From positions 128,001-192,000 of the forward strand of contig CAVPOC010000001.1 in NCBI GenBank assembly GCA_963706955.1: a DNA stretch of 64,000 bases, read 5' to 3'. Below are positions 10,303-21,556 of this stretch, one piece after another. Numbering within the stretch: the stretch's first letter is position 1; every line of letters starts with the position of its first letter. A model generated the notes under the pieces. It searched no databases. It was not told the DNA's origin and worked only from the letters and a program-made list of their open reading frames with translations. This DNA is from an uncultured Verrucomicrobiae bacterium. GTDB taxonomy: Bacteria > Verrucomicrobiota > Verrucomicrobiia > Chthoniobacterales > Terrimicrobiaceae. The translations under genes and the position numbers were made by a program.

Positions 10303-10980
10303 TCATGTCAGCGCGGCGAGGATCTTGTCCGAGTGGGAGATCCAGCCGAAAATTCCGCCCTGGGCCTTGATCATTTTGAGTCCCATTTCCTGAAATTCCG
10401 GGAAGTAAGAACCGACGCAGTCCTCGGGAACGAGGCAATCGTAGCCACGATCGTTGGCTTCGCGCACCGTCGTATTGACGCAGACCTCCGTCGTTACTCC
10501 CGTGACGATGAGTTGCCGAACGCCCCGATTTTGGAGGATGGCGTGGAGGTCGGTGGCGAAGAAAGCGCCTTTGCCGGGTTTGTCGATGACCGGTTCGCCA
10601 GGCAAGGGATAGAGTTCCGGAATGATATCATGGCCTGCCTCGCCGCGAACGAGGATGCGTCCCATTGGGCCGATGTCCCCGATGGACGTCTGGCTGCGCC
10701 CGCGAATCTTCTTGGCCGGTGGCAGGTCGGCGAGGTCGGGTCGATGCCCCTCGCGAGTATGGATGACGGGCAGGTCAGTCGCCCGCCAGGCTTGCAGCAG
10801 GCGTTGATTCGGCTCGATGGTGCGCCGGAGCTGCGAGACATCGTTGCCAAGCATTTCTCCGAATCCTCCCGGCTCAAGAAAGTCTCGCTGCATGTCGATA
10901 ATGAGCAGAGCGCAATGTGCGAGGTCGATCTCAAAGGGGTACGGCTCGGCCTCGATGCTCAGAATGGCGCCGTTGATCAT
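10303..10980 (-). CDS. Isochorismatase-family cysteine hydrolase, triuret hydrolase (TrtA)-like
   Basis: Catalytic D (IDMQRDF), K (DKPGKGAF), C (GVTTEVCV); motifs GGFGEMLGND, SYFPEF, QGGIFGW. Confidence 0.85.
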   Translation of the reverse strand: MINGAILSIEAEPYPFEIDLAHCALLIIDMQRDFLEPGGFGEMLGNDVSQLRRTIEPNQRLLQAWRATDLPVIHTREGHRPDLADLPPAKKIRGRSQTSIGDIGPMGRILVRGEAGHDIIPELYPLPGEPVIDKPGKGAFFATDLHAILQNRGVRQLIVTGVTTEVCVNTTVREANDRGYDCLVPEDCVGSYFPEFQEMGLKMIKAQGGIFGWISHSDKILAALT

Positions 10981-11016
10981 TGAGGAAGGGTAGATTGCAC
11001 GTCTCCGTGCATCTGT

Positions 11017-11035
11017 AAGCGTCTTGCGTGCCAAA
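11017..11035 (-). promoter_or_regulatory. Sigma54-type -24/-12 promoter upstream of the cysteine hydrolase-permease operon
   Basis: Minus strand TTTGGCACGCAAGACGCTT: exact TGGCACG and GG-N10-GC spacing, about 40 bp upstream of the ATG at 10980. Confidence 0.55.
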
Positions 11036-11138
11036 ATTGCGTCGCAGACGTGACATCCGCCTCGACACACGCCTGGAGGTCCGATGATCTCCGAGAAATC
11101 TCGTCACCGCCGAGATCCCGGAAGTAGTTTCAGCGATC

Positions 11139-11526
11139 GTGGAACCGAATGCCTCGCCGATTTATCCGCTCATTCAACTGACAGGACCTCTTTCAGATCT
11201 CTGAGAAGGCCGGCGCGATTCCCTGGCAACCCTTCCGCGATGGCGTGGAGATCTATCGATTATACGGGGATGGGGTCTCCGGTCCGACAGCGGCTCTCCT
11301 TCGGTATAAGGGGGAGGCGATGGTTCCGTTGCACGAACATATCGGTTATGAGCATATTTTGGTGCTCTCCGGTTCGCAGCGTGATCAAAACGGGACGGCT
11401 TCTGCGGGCACTTTAACGATAAACGCTCCGGGGACCCGGCATCGTGTAGTCAGCGAAGCTGGTTGCATCGTTCTGGCCATCTACGAAAAGCCCGTCAGAT
11501 TTTGCCAACCCGAGTCCGTGGAGTAA
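11139..11526 (+). CDS. ChrR-like cupin domain protein; apparent frameshift at about 11181
   Basis: PWQPFRDGVEIYRL...ALLRY....VPLHEHIGYEHILVLSG...NAPGTRH; upstream GTG frame VEPNASPIYPLIQL joins if one base is removed. Confidence 0.75.
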
Positions 11527-11655
11527 CCTCCTCTCGAATCGGCGTTAGATCGACGATCAGCGGAAAAGAGCGCTGCCGCTGCGTGCAAAAAATATGCCGT
11601 TGCCCGGGTAGGCTCGCTTGTGTAGCTTTCGCATCCCCAAACCTCAACACGCGCT

Positions 11656-12639
11656 ATGGGCAGGATTTACAACAATATCGTCGAAACCGTTGGCAGGACG
11701 CCGCTCGTAAAACTCAACAAAGTTACCGATGGCGTCGATGCGACGATCGCGCTCAAATGCGAGTTCTTCAATCCCCTCGGCAGCGTCAAAGACCGCATTG
11801 GCATGGCAATGATCGAGGATGCTGAAGCGGCGGGGATCCTCACCAAGGACACGATCATCGTTGAACCAACGAGTGGAAACACAGGGATCGCGCTAGCCTT
11901 TGTCGCCGCGGCTAAAGGCTACAAGCTGATTCTCACCATGCCAGAAACGATGAGCGTCGAGCGTCGAACGCTCCTCGCCATGTTCGGCGCAAAGCTCGTC
12001 CTCACGCCGGGCGCTGAGGGAATGCGCGGAGCGATCGCGCGGGCCGAGCAGATCGTCAAAGAGACTCCCAATTGCTGGATCCCGCAGCAGTTCAACAATC
12101 CTGCGAACCCCGAGATTCACCGCACGACCACGGCCGAGGAAATTTGGGAGGACACGGAAGGCAAGGTCGACATCCTCGTGGCGGCGGTTGGCACCGGCGG
12201 GACGATAAGTGGCTGCGTGGAGGTCATCCGCCCGCGTAAACCTTCTTTCCAGGCGATTGCCGTGGAACCTAAGGATTCTCCGGTGATTTCACAGACACTC
12301 GCGGGCCAACCGCTCAAGCCCGGCCCCCACAAAATTCAGGGCACAGGGGCGGGGTTTGTTCCTAATAATCTCCATCTCAAGGGCGAGAACGGCGATCCGC
12401 AGATTACGGAATGCATCCAGGTAAGCAATGAAGATGCTTTTGTTATGGCGCGCCGGCTCGCCAAAGAGGAAGGTATTCTCGCGGGCATCAGTTCGGGGGC
12501 GAATGTTTGGGCCGCCATCCAGGTGGCCAAACGTCCGGAGAACGCGGGGAAGTTGATCGTGACGGTAGCCTGCTCGACGGGCGAGCGCTACCTGAGCACG
12601 CCACTGGCGGAAGCTGCCCGCGCAGAGGTGGGGGGCTAG
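11656..12639 (+). CDS. cysK: Cysteine synthase A
   Basis: [11 protein letters not shown] (PLP lysine), [27 protein letters not shown]. Confidence 0.97.
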   Translation: MGRIYNNIVETVGRTPLVKLNKVTDGVDATIALKCEFFNPLGSVKDRIGMAMIEDAEAAGILTKDTIIVEPTSGNTGIALAFVAAAKGYKLILTMPETMSVERRTLLAMFGAKLVLTPGAEGMRGAIARAEQIVKETPNCWIPQQFNNPANPEIHRTTTAEEIWEDTEGKVDILVAAVGTGGTISGCVEVIRPRKPSFQAIAVEPKDSPVISQTLAGQPLKPGPHKIQGTGAGFVPNNLHLKGENGDPQITECIQVSNEDAFVMARRLAKEEGILAGISSGANVWAAIQVAKRPENAGKLIVTVACSTGERYLSTPLAEAARAEVGG

Positions 12640-12643
12640 CGAG

Positions 12644-13306
12644 ATGGCGAAAAGTGACCAGCCTCCCGCCGACGATCGCGTTTACGACATCGGAGGCTTC
12701 GAAGCTGAGCTTTTCTGGGAGAAGAATCGCTCGATTATTCTCGTCTGCGTCGGCCTTGCGCTCGTGGTAGCAGCGGCGCTGGCGATCTGGTTTATCAGAG
12801 CTCACAGCCAACGCCAGGCTGCGGCTGCCTTCTTCGCCCAAGCCCAGGATCCGGCTGCCTGGCGCGAGGTGATTGAAAGGTATCCGGGTTCGGCACCTGC
12901 CGCCGACGCCTACTTTCTTTTGGCCGATTCGTTGCGACGAGAGGGCAAGCTGGAGGAATCGTCCACGCAATATGAGAAGATTCTAAGTGCGTTTCCGAAG
13001 AGTTCATTAGTGGGTGGGGCGCGGCTCGGTCTCGCAGAAAATTTGTCGGTGGCGGGAAAGACCGACGAGGCTCTGGCTGCCTTACGGTCACTAAAGGAAA
13101 AAGACGCCGGTAGTTACGCCGCACCTTTCGCCGCACTTCTGGAAGGCCGCATCCTGATGCGGAGCGGAAAGTTCGATCAAGCGCGCGAGGTTTTCTCCAA
13201 TCTTGTTTCCAGCTACCCTCGTTCGCCCGCTGCGCGCACGGCCGGAGCTCAGCTGGATGCCATTGTTCCGTTCTTACCCCCGGGGCCGGAAAAGACCAAG
13301 GACTAG
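12644..13306 (+). CDS. Membrane-anchored TPR protein (YfgM/CpoB-like)
   Basis: N-terminal TM helix followed by TPR-like repeats (YPGSAPAADAYF, FPKSSL..GARL, YPRSP). Confidence 0.8.
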   Translation: MAKSDQPPADDRVYDIGGFEAELFWEKNRSIILVCVGLALVVAAALAIWFIRAHSQRQAAAAFFAQAQDPAAWREVIERYPGSAPAADAYFLLADSLRREGKLEESSTQYEKILSAFPKSSLVGGARLGLAENLSVAGKTDEALAALRSLKEKDAGSYAAPFAALLEGRILMRSGKFDQAREVFSNLVSSYPRSPAARTAGAQLDAIVPFLPPGPEKTKD

Positions 13307-14088
13307 GCAGGCAGAGGATGATCACCAGCGAGGAGGACATCGAAGGCGTCCTCGTGCGTCACCGAATCCTCCTTGACCGTCGGTCGGACCGAGCTCTCCG
13401 CGAGGAGAACTCCTCCGCGTTCGACAATGACGGAATGCGCGGCAATTCGGCCTTCGATGAGACCTCCCTGGTCGATCCAGATGCGTCCAGCACATTCGAA
13501 ATTTCCCGTTGCCTGGCCATACACGATTAGCTCATTGGTCTCGATTGGATAGGAGAGCTCCGCACGACTCTCTTTTTCGATGACCATTGATTTTGCTCTT
13601 ATCTGGCAGCTGAGTCGCCCGGAATAGACGAGGCGCACGACCGTCTCGGAGACCAAAGTTCCGCTCACCCTCCCGGCGATGAGGGCCTCGTGGCAGACGG
13701 TAAGCGCACTGCTGATGTATCCAGACGGGGTAATGATCAGATTGCCTCTTGTATCTATCGGCCTTGTCGTGCTCGAAGAGACGGTGACGTCCGAGAGTTC
13801 GATAGCTGCATTACATTCGGGACAAAGCGTGGTTCGCGCACACCCCGAGACCTCATGAGCCTGCCCACAATGGTAGCAGCGAACCTGACGCGGGGGGACC
13901 TTGGGGAGCCTGCGCCTGATCCGGGTGCGGACCTCGCTCGAGTATCTCGCCAAGCCCGCGCTCGGGGGCGAGACCTGATAGTAGCTGCCACATCCGCGGC
14001 AGTAAGTGGAAATAAGGTGCTCCGGCTCGTCCTGGACAAACCCGCAGTGCGGACAGCGGGACGGCGCCTTGCGCGGGAGCTGGGGCAT
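13303..14088 (-). CDS. Bactofilin (polymer-forming cytoskeletal protein) with two N-terminal zinc ribbons
   Basis: CPHC..CRGC and CYHC..CPEC; then beta-helical repeats ending GLIEGRIAAHSVIVERGG. Confidence 0.8.
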   Translation of the reverse strand: MPQLPRKAPSRCPHCGFVQDEPEHLISTYCRGCGSYYQVSPPSAGLARYSSEVRTRIRRRLPKVPPRQVRCYHCGQAHEVSGCARTTLCPECNAAIELSDVTVSSSTTRPIDTRGNLIITPSGYISSALTVCHEALIAGRVSGTLVSETVVRLVYSGRLSCQIRAKSMVIEKESRAELSYPIETNELIVYGQATGNFECAGRIWIDQGGLIEGRIAAHSVIVERGGVLLAESSVRPTVKEDSVTHEDAFDVLLAGDHPLPA

Positions 14089-14094
14089 CAGGAG

Positions 14095-14540
14095 CTATGC
14101 AGTAACAGGAGCGGGCTGAATCTTGCGAGTTTGGTCGTGATCCGCGGAGATTCCGGAACGTTCCGCACTTGACTTCGGAGTGACCTCCGATTTTCCAACG
14201 AAAATGGCACCCTCCTCGATGACAATGCGCATCGCTTTGAGATCTCCGGTCAGCTGGGAAGTTGATTTGAGCTCCGCGCGCTCAAGGACGGAAATGTTTC
14301 CCTTGACGCTGCCATACACGACGACGGACTTCGTCTTGAGTTCCCCGTGAACATCGGCGTTCTTGCCTAACGTGAGGTTTCCGTCTTCGGAGAAGATCTC
14401 ACCCTCCAACTTGCCGTCGAAGATCAACTCGGTCTCGAACTTGATCGTTCCCTTGATGTCCACGTCGCTGGCGAGAACATTCTTCGACGAAGTAGAGGTA
14501 GTTTCAGGACAAAGCCACTGGTCAGATTATTCAAATTCAT
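14095..14540 (-). CDS. Bactofilin (CcmA family); apparent frameshift at about 14507 near the start
   Basis: VLASDVDIKGTIKF...FDGKLEGEI...VVYGSVKGNI...IVIEEGAIFVG; ATG at 14540 joins if one base is added. Confidence 0.9.
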
Positions 14541-14581
14541 AGGGAAGATCTCCTCCGAATCTAGCCCCAGTTTCCATCAGG

Positions 14582-16043
14582 TCAATCCTTCAGGCGCTTA
14601 CGAGGGGCGGCCTTGTGGGTTCCGGGAAGGATAATCGCCGATTCGGGTGATATTCCCGCCAACTCCTCAGCGGGATAGAGCCAGATCTCACTCAGGGTTG
14701 GGTGGTAGTGCGGAGTCGTGGCGAGCTCTCCTGCCGTTGCATGAAAACGCATGGCAACGACGACCTCGTGAATCAATTCCGATGCGTCCGGTCCGACAAC
14801 CGAACCTCCAATGATTTCGCGGGTGGACTTGTCGGCGAGGAGTTTCACGAAACCGTCCATCTCGTCCATGATGATGGATTTTCCGTGATCGCAGAATGGA
14901 TAGCTGGCTACAAGGTGGTCGATGTTCTTGGCCCTCGCTTCCGACTCTGAAAGGCCGACAACCGCCACTTGCGGCTCGGTGAAGACGACATAAAGCTTCA
15001 GCCGATAGTCCATGCTCTCCAGCTTCGAGTCGTTCTGTAACAATCGGGCGGCGTTTCGGGCGGCTCGTTCTCCCTGCTCAATGGCCAGATGGACGATTTC
15101 AAAGGGACCGCAGCAATCTCCCGCCGCGAAGATAGTCGGTGTAGAGGTTTGCTGATGAGCGTTAACCGCAATAACTCCATCGGCAAGGTCGACGCCCACG
15201 TTTTCCAACCCGAGTCCGGCTACCTTCGGTTTACGACCCAGCGCATTAAGTATGGCCGCGGCCTCGACTGTTTGGCGGCTTCCCTCATGCTCGAAGATGA
15301 CGCGGCTGGTAGCCCCATTGCTCTCAACTTGCAGGATTTTCGTCTTCGTGAAGATGTTCACGCCGCGTTTGCGGAAGCTCTGCTCCACGACTTTCGCTGC
15401 ATCTTCGTCAAATCCTTTCGCAACCTGTGCGCTGCGTTGCAGGATCGTGACCCGGGACCGAAAGGCGTGGAGATAGTGAGCGAGTTCGAGGGCCACCGGT
15501 CCTGCCCCGAGAACGATGACAGATTCTGGGATCGCTGCGAGGTCCAGCACATCGTCGCTGGTGAGGCAACTTGCGCTGCTCAGACCGGGAATATCGGGAA
15601 AGTTGATCTCCGATCCGGTGGAGATGAGAAACGATTTTGCGGTGATGGTCTGCTCGCCTCCATCGAGAGGGCGGACCCGCACAGTTGTCGTGTCGATGAA
15701 CGACCCGGTCCCACGGACAAAATCAAAGTCTCCTTCTTCCAGTTGCTGGCGGCGGTAGTGGGCGAATTCATCGATCAACCTCCGCTTCCGCGCGAGGATC
15801 TCGCTGATATCGATATTGGGCATTTTCAACGCGAAGCCCGAATTCGGGCGCGTGACCAATTGCCCGAAAGCGGTTGGCAGATTCAATTAAGCTCTTGCTC
15901 GGCATGCACCCGCGAAGGATGCAGAGCCCTCCGACATCACGGGCCCCCTCGATGACACAGGTCTTCAGACCGGCGCCGGCTGCGGTTCGCGCCGCGGCAT
16001 ATCCGGCGCTGCCTCCCCCGATGACGACGAAGTCGTAGTTCAC
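14582..16043 (-). CDS. Pyridine nucleotide-disulfide oxidoreductase (dihydrolipoamide dehydrogenase/MerA-like family); apparent frameshift at about 15816
   Basis: GGGSAG FAD motif, GGLCILRGCMPSK redox disulfide, GAGPVALE, FAAGD, HYHPTLSE. Confidence 0.88.
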
Positions 16044-16083
16044 GCCACGCGCTCGGAAGCCCTGGGACGACGCCGTGGCATTT

Positions 16084-16581
16084 TTATCCGAGGGCCTGAT
16101 TTACCGCCCATTCAGTAGCGAGCAGCGGAGGCTGCCCCTCCCGGGCGGGAAGACAGAAAAATGCGTATGCCTTCCGTGGCGGCATCCAACCGACAATCTC
16201 GCAAACAACCTTCTCTTTCATGTTCGGATCACGTTCGACATAGCGCAGGTATGTCGTCCGCAACGGTTGGGTGCCTTTGGATGATTTTCCCTTGGAAGCG
16301 GTCCTCGCGGGCGCTTCGGAAGCTTCGACGCTCCAGAGCGCGGCAGGGGCGTTCAGCGAGAGCACCATGGAAAGTTCAGGCGGCGAGAGTTCTTTCAGGG
16401 GTCCGCTCCTGCGAACAGAGGCGCAATATCGCGCCAGATCGTTGAGAAATCCGACCACCACATCGAAATCGCCTTGCCGATATTTGAAGGCCTTTTCGCC
16501 GGTCAGTCCGAAAATATTTCTGGCCATGACCGGCTTGCCGAGAAACCGGTCAATTTCAGACTTTGTCGATCCGAGGAGCAT
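16084..16581 (-). CDS. Hypothetical protein
   Basis: 165-aa ORF filling the gap between ilvC and the oxidoreductase on the same strand; start uncertain. Confidence 0.55.
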   Translation of the reverse strand: MLLGSTKSEIDRFLGKPVMARNIFGLTGEKAFKYRQGDFDVVVGFLNDLARYCASVRRSGPLKELSPPELSMVLSLNAPAALWSVEASEAPARTASKGKSSKGTQPLRTTYLRYVERDPNMKEKVVCEIVGWMPPRKAYAFFCLPAREGQPPLLATEWAVNQALG

Positions 16582-16596
16582 GGTAAGCGCCGACCA

Positions 16597-17623
<1,027 letters not shown>

Positions 17624-17637
17624 GGCTTGTTCGCGGG

Positions 17638-18123
17638 TTAGGTATTTTTGCGAGTCCGGGGAAGGGCCACCTTCCCGGTCCGGGTAAGTGCGAGGATACC
17701 GAAACGATCCATCAGCATGAGAAACTTGTTGAGCTTGCTATCGGTGCCGGTCACTTCGATGGCGAGTGTTTCGGCCTGCACGTCAATAATCTTGGCGCGA
17801 AAAATATCGCAGATTTGCATTACCTCAGAGCGCGTTTTTGACGTTGCGGTCACTCTCAGCAGGACGAGCTCACGATCGACATATTCCTCGTCGCGGAAAT
17901 CCTGCACATCGATGACGTCGACCAGCTTTTCCAATTGTTTCATCACTTGCTCGAGGACCTTGTCGTCACCACGAACGACGATCGTCATTCGGGAAGCGGT
18001 GGCGTCGAGGGTCGGACCAACGTTCAGGCTATCGATGTTAAATCCACGCCCGCTGAACATTCCCGCAATCCGAGCAAGAACGCCGAACTTGTTTTCAACG
18101 AGGATAGAAATGGTGTGGCGCAT
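17638..18123 (-). CDS. ilvN: Acetolactate synthase small subunit
   Basis: [27 protein letters not shown] domain, RELVL, RTGKVAL. Confidence 0.96.
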   Translation of the reverse strand: MRHTISILVENKFGVLARIAGMFSGRGFNIDSLNVGPTLDATASRMTIVVRGDDKVLEQVMKQLEKLVDVIDVQDFRDEEYVDRELVLLRVTATSKTRSEVMQICDIFRAKIIDVQAETLAIEVTGTDSKLNKFLMLMDRFGILALTRTGKVALPRTRKNT

Positions 18124-18244
18124 GAATCGACAGGGGCGGTGATACTGGCTGGTCGGCGGCGCGGCGTCAATTCAAAGGGTGATTGAGGGCGTTGGGCGGC
18201 GGTCTCCGCAGCAGGGCCGTTCCATCAGCAGGCACGTCCTCGGT

Positions 18245-19603
18245 TCAAAGCATGGGAATGCCACTCTTCGAAATCTTCTCCACGAAGCCGGTGTGATAGG
18301 TGCCCCGGCGAAAGTCGGCGTTCTGCAAGATAGCTTGTTGAAAGGGAATGGTGGTCTTGATGCCCGTGATCATGTACTCGCCCAGCGCGCGCGACATTCG
18401 GTTGATGCAGGCTTTGCGACTCGAGGCGGTGGTGATGACTTTGGCAATCATCGAATCGTAATGCGGTGGCACGGGGTAGCCCGCATAGGCATGAGAGTCG
18501 ATACGCACCCCGCGCCCGCCGGGCGCGTAATAGAGCTTAATCTCGCCAGGGCAGGGAATGAAGTTATTGGCGGGATCTTCCGCGTTTATTCGGCATTCGA
18601 TCGAATGATGCCGTGCGATCGCGTCAACGAGGTGACGGGAGAGGTGCTCTCCGGCCGCGACCTGGATTTGTTGTTTCACGAGATCGCACCCGTAAACTTC
18701 CTCGGTAATCGGATGCTCCACCTGGATACGGGTGTTCATTTCCATGAAATAGAAATGGCCGTCATCATCGACCAGGAACTCAATGGTGCCGGCATTCGCG
18801 TATCCGACCTTCTCGGACAGTTTGATCGAGGCCGCACCCATCTTCTCCCTTAGCTCCGGAGTCATCAGGGGCGATGGGCATTCCTCGACGATCTTTTGAT
18901 TGCGTCTCTGGATCGAGCAGTCGCGCTCGCCGAGGTGCACGACCCGGCCGTGCTCATCACCAAAAACTTGAAACTCGATGTGGTGAGGATTGACGATGAA
19001 CTTTTCAATATAGACCTCGGGATTGCTGAAGGCCTTGTCCGCTTCGAGGCGGGCCGCATGATAGCCTTGCACGAGGCTTCCTTCGTTGCTCGCGACCCGC
19101 ATTCCGCGTCCTCCGCCCCCGGCCACCGCTTTGATCATGACCGGAAATCCAACCTTTCGCGCGACTTTGATGGCCTCCTCCTCGCTATCGACGATCCCTT
19201 CGCTTCCCGGAGAGATAGGAACCCCGGCGTTGCGAGCGCAGTCACGCGCAGAGTTCTTGTCGCCCATAAGCCGAATGGCGGAGGCGGGCGGACCAATAAA
19301 CTTGATATTGCAGCTTGCGCATACCTCGGCGAAATGCGCGTTTTCGGCAAGAAACCCGTAGCCGGGATGAATCGCATCGACGTCAGCGATCTCGGCAGCG
19401 CTGATGATGCGATCAATCTTAAGATAGCTCTGCAGGCTCGGTGCGGGCCCAATGCAGATCGCCTCATCCGCCAACTGGACGTGCAAGCTTTCCAAATCGG
19501 GCTCCGAATAGACGGCGACAGTTTGGATGCCGAGCTCTTTGCAGGCTCGGATGATTCTGAGGGCGATCTCGCCGCGATTGGCGATAAGGATTTTTTTGAA
19601 CAT
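18245..19603 (-). CDS. accC: Acetyl-CoA carboxylase biotin carboxylase
   Basis: [53 protein letters not shown]. Confidence 0.97.
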   Translation of the reverse strand: MFKKILIANRGEIALRIIRACKELGIQTVAVYSEPDLESLHVQLADEAICIGPAPSLQSYLKIDRIISAAEIADVDAIHPGYGFLAENAHFAEVCASCNIKFIGPPASAIRLMGDKNSARDCARNAGVPISPGSEGIVDSEEEAIKVARKVGFPVMIKAVAGGGGRGMRVASNEGSLVQGYHAARLEADKAFSNPEVYIEKFIVNPHHIEFQVFGDEHGRVVHLGERDCSIQRRNQKIVEECPSPLMTPELREKMGAASIKLSEKVGYANAGTIEFLVDDDGHFYFMEMNTRIQVEHPITEEVYGCDLVKQQIQVAAGEHLSRHLVDAIARHHSIECRINAEDPANNFIPCPGEIKLYYAPGGRGVRIDSHAYAGYPVPPHYDSMIAKVITTASSRKACINRMSRALGEYMITGIKTTIPFQQAILQNADFRRGTYHTGFVEKISKSGIPML

Positions 19604-19657
19604 TGCTAGACGGTCAACCAGCTCGCAAACGGGGAACCCGTGCTGGCAGGGCTTTAT

Positions 19658-20119
19658 CTATTTGACACGGAAAAGTGTCTGGCCAAACTGCACCGGCTTT
19701 CCATTCTCGGCCAAGACCTCGGCAATTACGCCCGAGATCTCGGCCTTGATCTCGTTCATCACCTTCATGGCTTCGATGATGCAGACGACAGTGTCGGGAG
19801 TAATCTCCTGGCCTGCGGCGACGTAGGGAGGAGCCTCAGGCGACTGCGCCGCGTAGAACGTGCCCACCATCGGCGATTTTATCTCCTTATGTGAAGTCTC
19901 GGGAGCAGCTCCTTCACTTTGGGCGCCTCCTGGCTGTCGCGGTGACCCGACCGCGGCGGGCGCCGGGGCCGACATGGCGATGATCGAATCTGCATTCCTA
20001 GCACTGCTAGTCTTGAGGGTGATCTTGAACCCCTCACGCTCCATTTTGAAGACGGACAAGCCGTTCTTCTTCATCAGGTCGATCAGTGTTCGAATCTCTT
20101 TGAGGTCCACAGGTGGCAA
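19658..20119 (-). CDS. accB: Biotin carboxyl carrier protein (start may be GTG at 20110)
   Basis: SPMVGTFY, IIEAMKVMNEI biotinylation motif. Confidence 0.97.
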   Translation of the reverse strand: MPPVDLKEIRTLIDLMKKNGLSVFKMEREGFKITLKTSSARNADSIIAMSAPAPAAVGSPRQPGGAQSEGAAPETSHKEIKSPMVGTFYAAQSPEAPPYVAAGQEITPDTVVCIIEAMKVMNEIKAEISGVIAEVLAENGKPVQFGQTLFRVK

Positions 20120-20226
20120 GTTTGAGGGGTCACGAGACTCTCACGATGCGTGGGGCGGGTCAAGAGATTCGACAGGAAGGCCCTTTACAAACCCCATGCG
20201 ATAAAGCAGTTTTCGCTTTCCGCCCT

Positions 20227-20640
20227 ATGTGGTTGCTCTTGCCCATTCTGCTTGTTCTTCATGTGGTCGTTTGTTTGCTGCTCGTGCTGGTTGTTTTGAT
20301 GCAGCTTCCTCGCAGTGAGGGGCTCGGTGCCGCCTTCGGGGGCACCGTTACGGAGAACATTTTCGGGGCGCAAACAACGCACGTGCTGGCGAAGTTTACC
20401 GTATGGCTTGGGGTGGCGTTCTTTGCCATTACCCTGATGCTGGCCGTCGCCTACTCGCACCGAGACGTCGGCCGGAGCCAGATTCAGCGCGAATTACTGA
20501 ACAGCGCCGTGCCTGCGGCCTCGCCATCGCTCATGTCCAGTCCTGCACCGGCGTCGAGTTCGGATGCGACTGCGCCTGCAGCGGCCGCTCCTGCTCCCAC
20601 TCCCCAAGCTCCAGGAACTCCTGCGTCCGCGGCACCTTAG
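20227..20640 (+). CDS. secG: Preprotein translocase subunit SecG
   Basis: LVVLMQ...EGLGAAFGG...FGA..VLAKFT; two TM helices and a Pro/Ala tail. Confidence 0.92.
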   Translation: MWLLLPILLVLHVVVCLLLVLVVLMQLPRSEGLGAAFGGTVTENIFGAQTTHVLAKFTVWLGVAFFAITLMLAVAYSHRDVGRSQIQRELLNSAVPAASPSLMSSPAPASSSDATAPAAAAPAPTPQAPGTPASAAP

Positions 20641-20662
20641 TTTCCCTTTTCCCGCGCGAGCG

Positions 20663-21499
20663 ATGAAGATCGCGAACTCTCCGGTATCTGCACGCGAGTT
20701 TCGCGCAAAGGCCACTCGCCCAGTGGTGCTGGTTCCCACAATGGGCGCTCTCCATGAGGGCCACGCTGCTCTAATTCGCTGCGCACGGAAGCTTGCCGGA
20801 GCGAAGGGAACCGTCGTTATCTCAGTGTTTGTCAATCCCATCCAGTTTGGTCCCAACGAGGATTTCTCGAAATATCCGCGTTCCTGGAAGCGCGATTTGG
20901 ATGTTTGCGGACGAGCTGGCGCCGATCTTGTTTTTCGTCCTTCGGTCGAACAGATCTACCGCGGCGACCATTCCGTCTTCGTGGAAGAGAGTTCTCTTTC
21001 GCGATCTTTGTGCGGCGCCTCACGGCCGGGCCATTTTCGCGGTGTGTGCACCGTCGTCGCGAAGTTGTTCCTGATTGTTCGCCCCGATATCGCCATCTTC
21101 GGAGAAAAGGACTGGCAGCAGCTTGCGATCATTCGAAGAATGGTGCGTGATCTCGATGTTCCCATTCGAATTGTTGGTCATCCCACAGTTCGCGAGCGTG
21201 ACGGTCTGGCAATGAGTTCGCGTAACGATTACCTGACGCCCGAGGAACGCACTGTCGCTCCTGGCATTTATGCTGCCTTGACGCTCGCCGCCGGCGCAAC
21301 GCGGTCAATTGATATTCTGAAAAGAGGACGACGCCTCATCGAGCAGATTCCCGGAACGAAGATCGACTACCTGGAGCTCGTCGATGCCGAGACCATCGAG
21401 CCGGCGAGGAGCTTTTCCCGTCCAATGCGCCTGGCTGTGGCGGTATTTCTCGGCAAAGCTCGCCTAATTGATAATATCGGCATCGCCGCGCGAACCTGA
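20663..21499 (+). CDS. panC: Pantoate--beta-alanine ligase
   Basis: VPTMGALHEGH, SVFVNPIQF, RPGHFRGV, FGEKDWQQ, DGLAMSSRN, RLIDN. Confidence 0.97.
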   Translation: MKIANSPVSAREFRAKATRPVVLVPTMGALHEGHAALIRCARKLAGAKGTVVISVFVNPIQFGPNEDFSKYPRSWKRDLDVCGRAGADLVFRPSVEQIYRGDHSVFVEESSLSRSLCGASRPGHFRGVCTVVAKLFLIVRPDIAIFGEKDWQQLAIIRRMVRDLDVPIRIVGHPTVRERDGLAMSSRNDYLTPEERTVAPGIYAALTLAAGATRSIDILKRGRRLIEQIPGTKIDYLELVDAETIEPARSFSRPMRLAVAVFLGKARLIDNIGIAART

Positions 21500-21556
21500 C
21501 TTAACGTCCGCCTGGCCGAAAAACTGCTGCCGCCCGCATAATCACCCCCTGCTGTG

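Noticed and set aside
10985..11135. Guanidine or other riboswitch upstream of the hydrolase-permease operon
   Set aside because: No ACGR twin hairpins or ykkC consensus recognised, and the predicted leader is too short; an Rfam scan would settle it
267..14540. M23 peptidase-bactofilin shape module
   Set aside because: The genes are about 12 kb apart with unrelated operons between them
14582..16043. Mercuric reductase / mer operon
   Set aside because: No C-terminal Cys-Cys pair, no metal-binding N-terminal domain and no mer genes nearby
17638..18244. ilvN without an adjacent ilvB as evidence of gene loss
   Set aside because: A TTGACG-type promoter-like sequence lies upstream and split operons are common; the window cannot show absence from the genome
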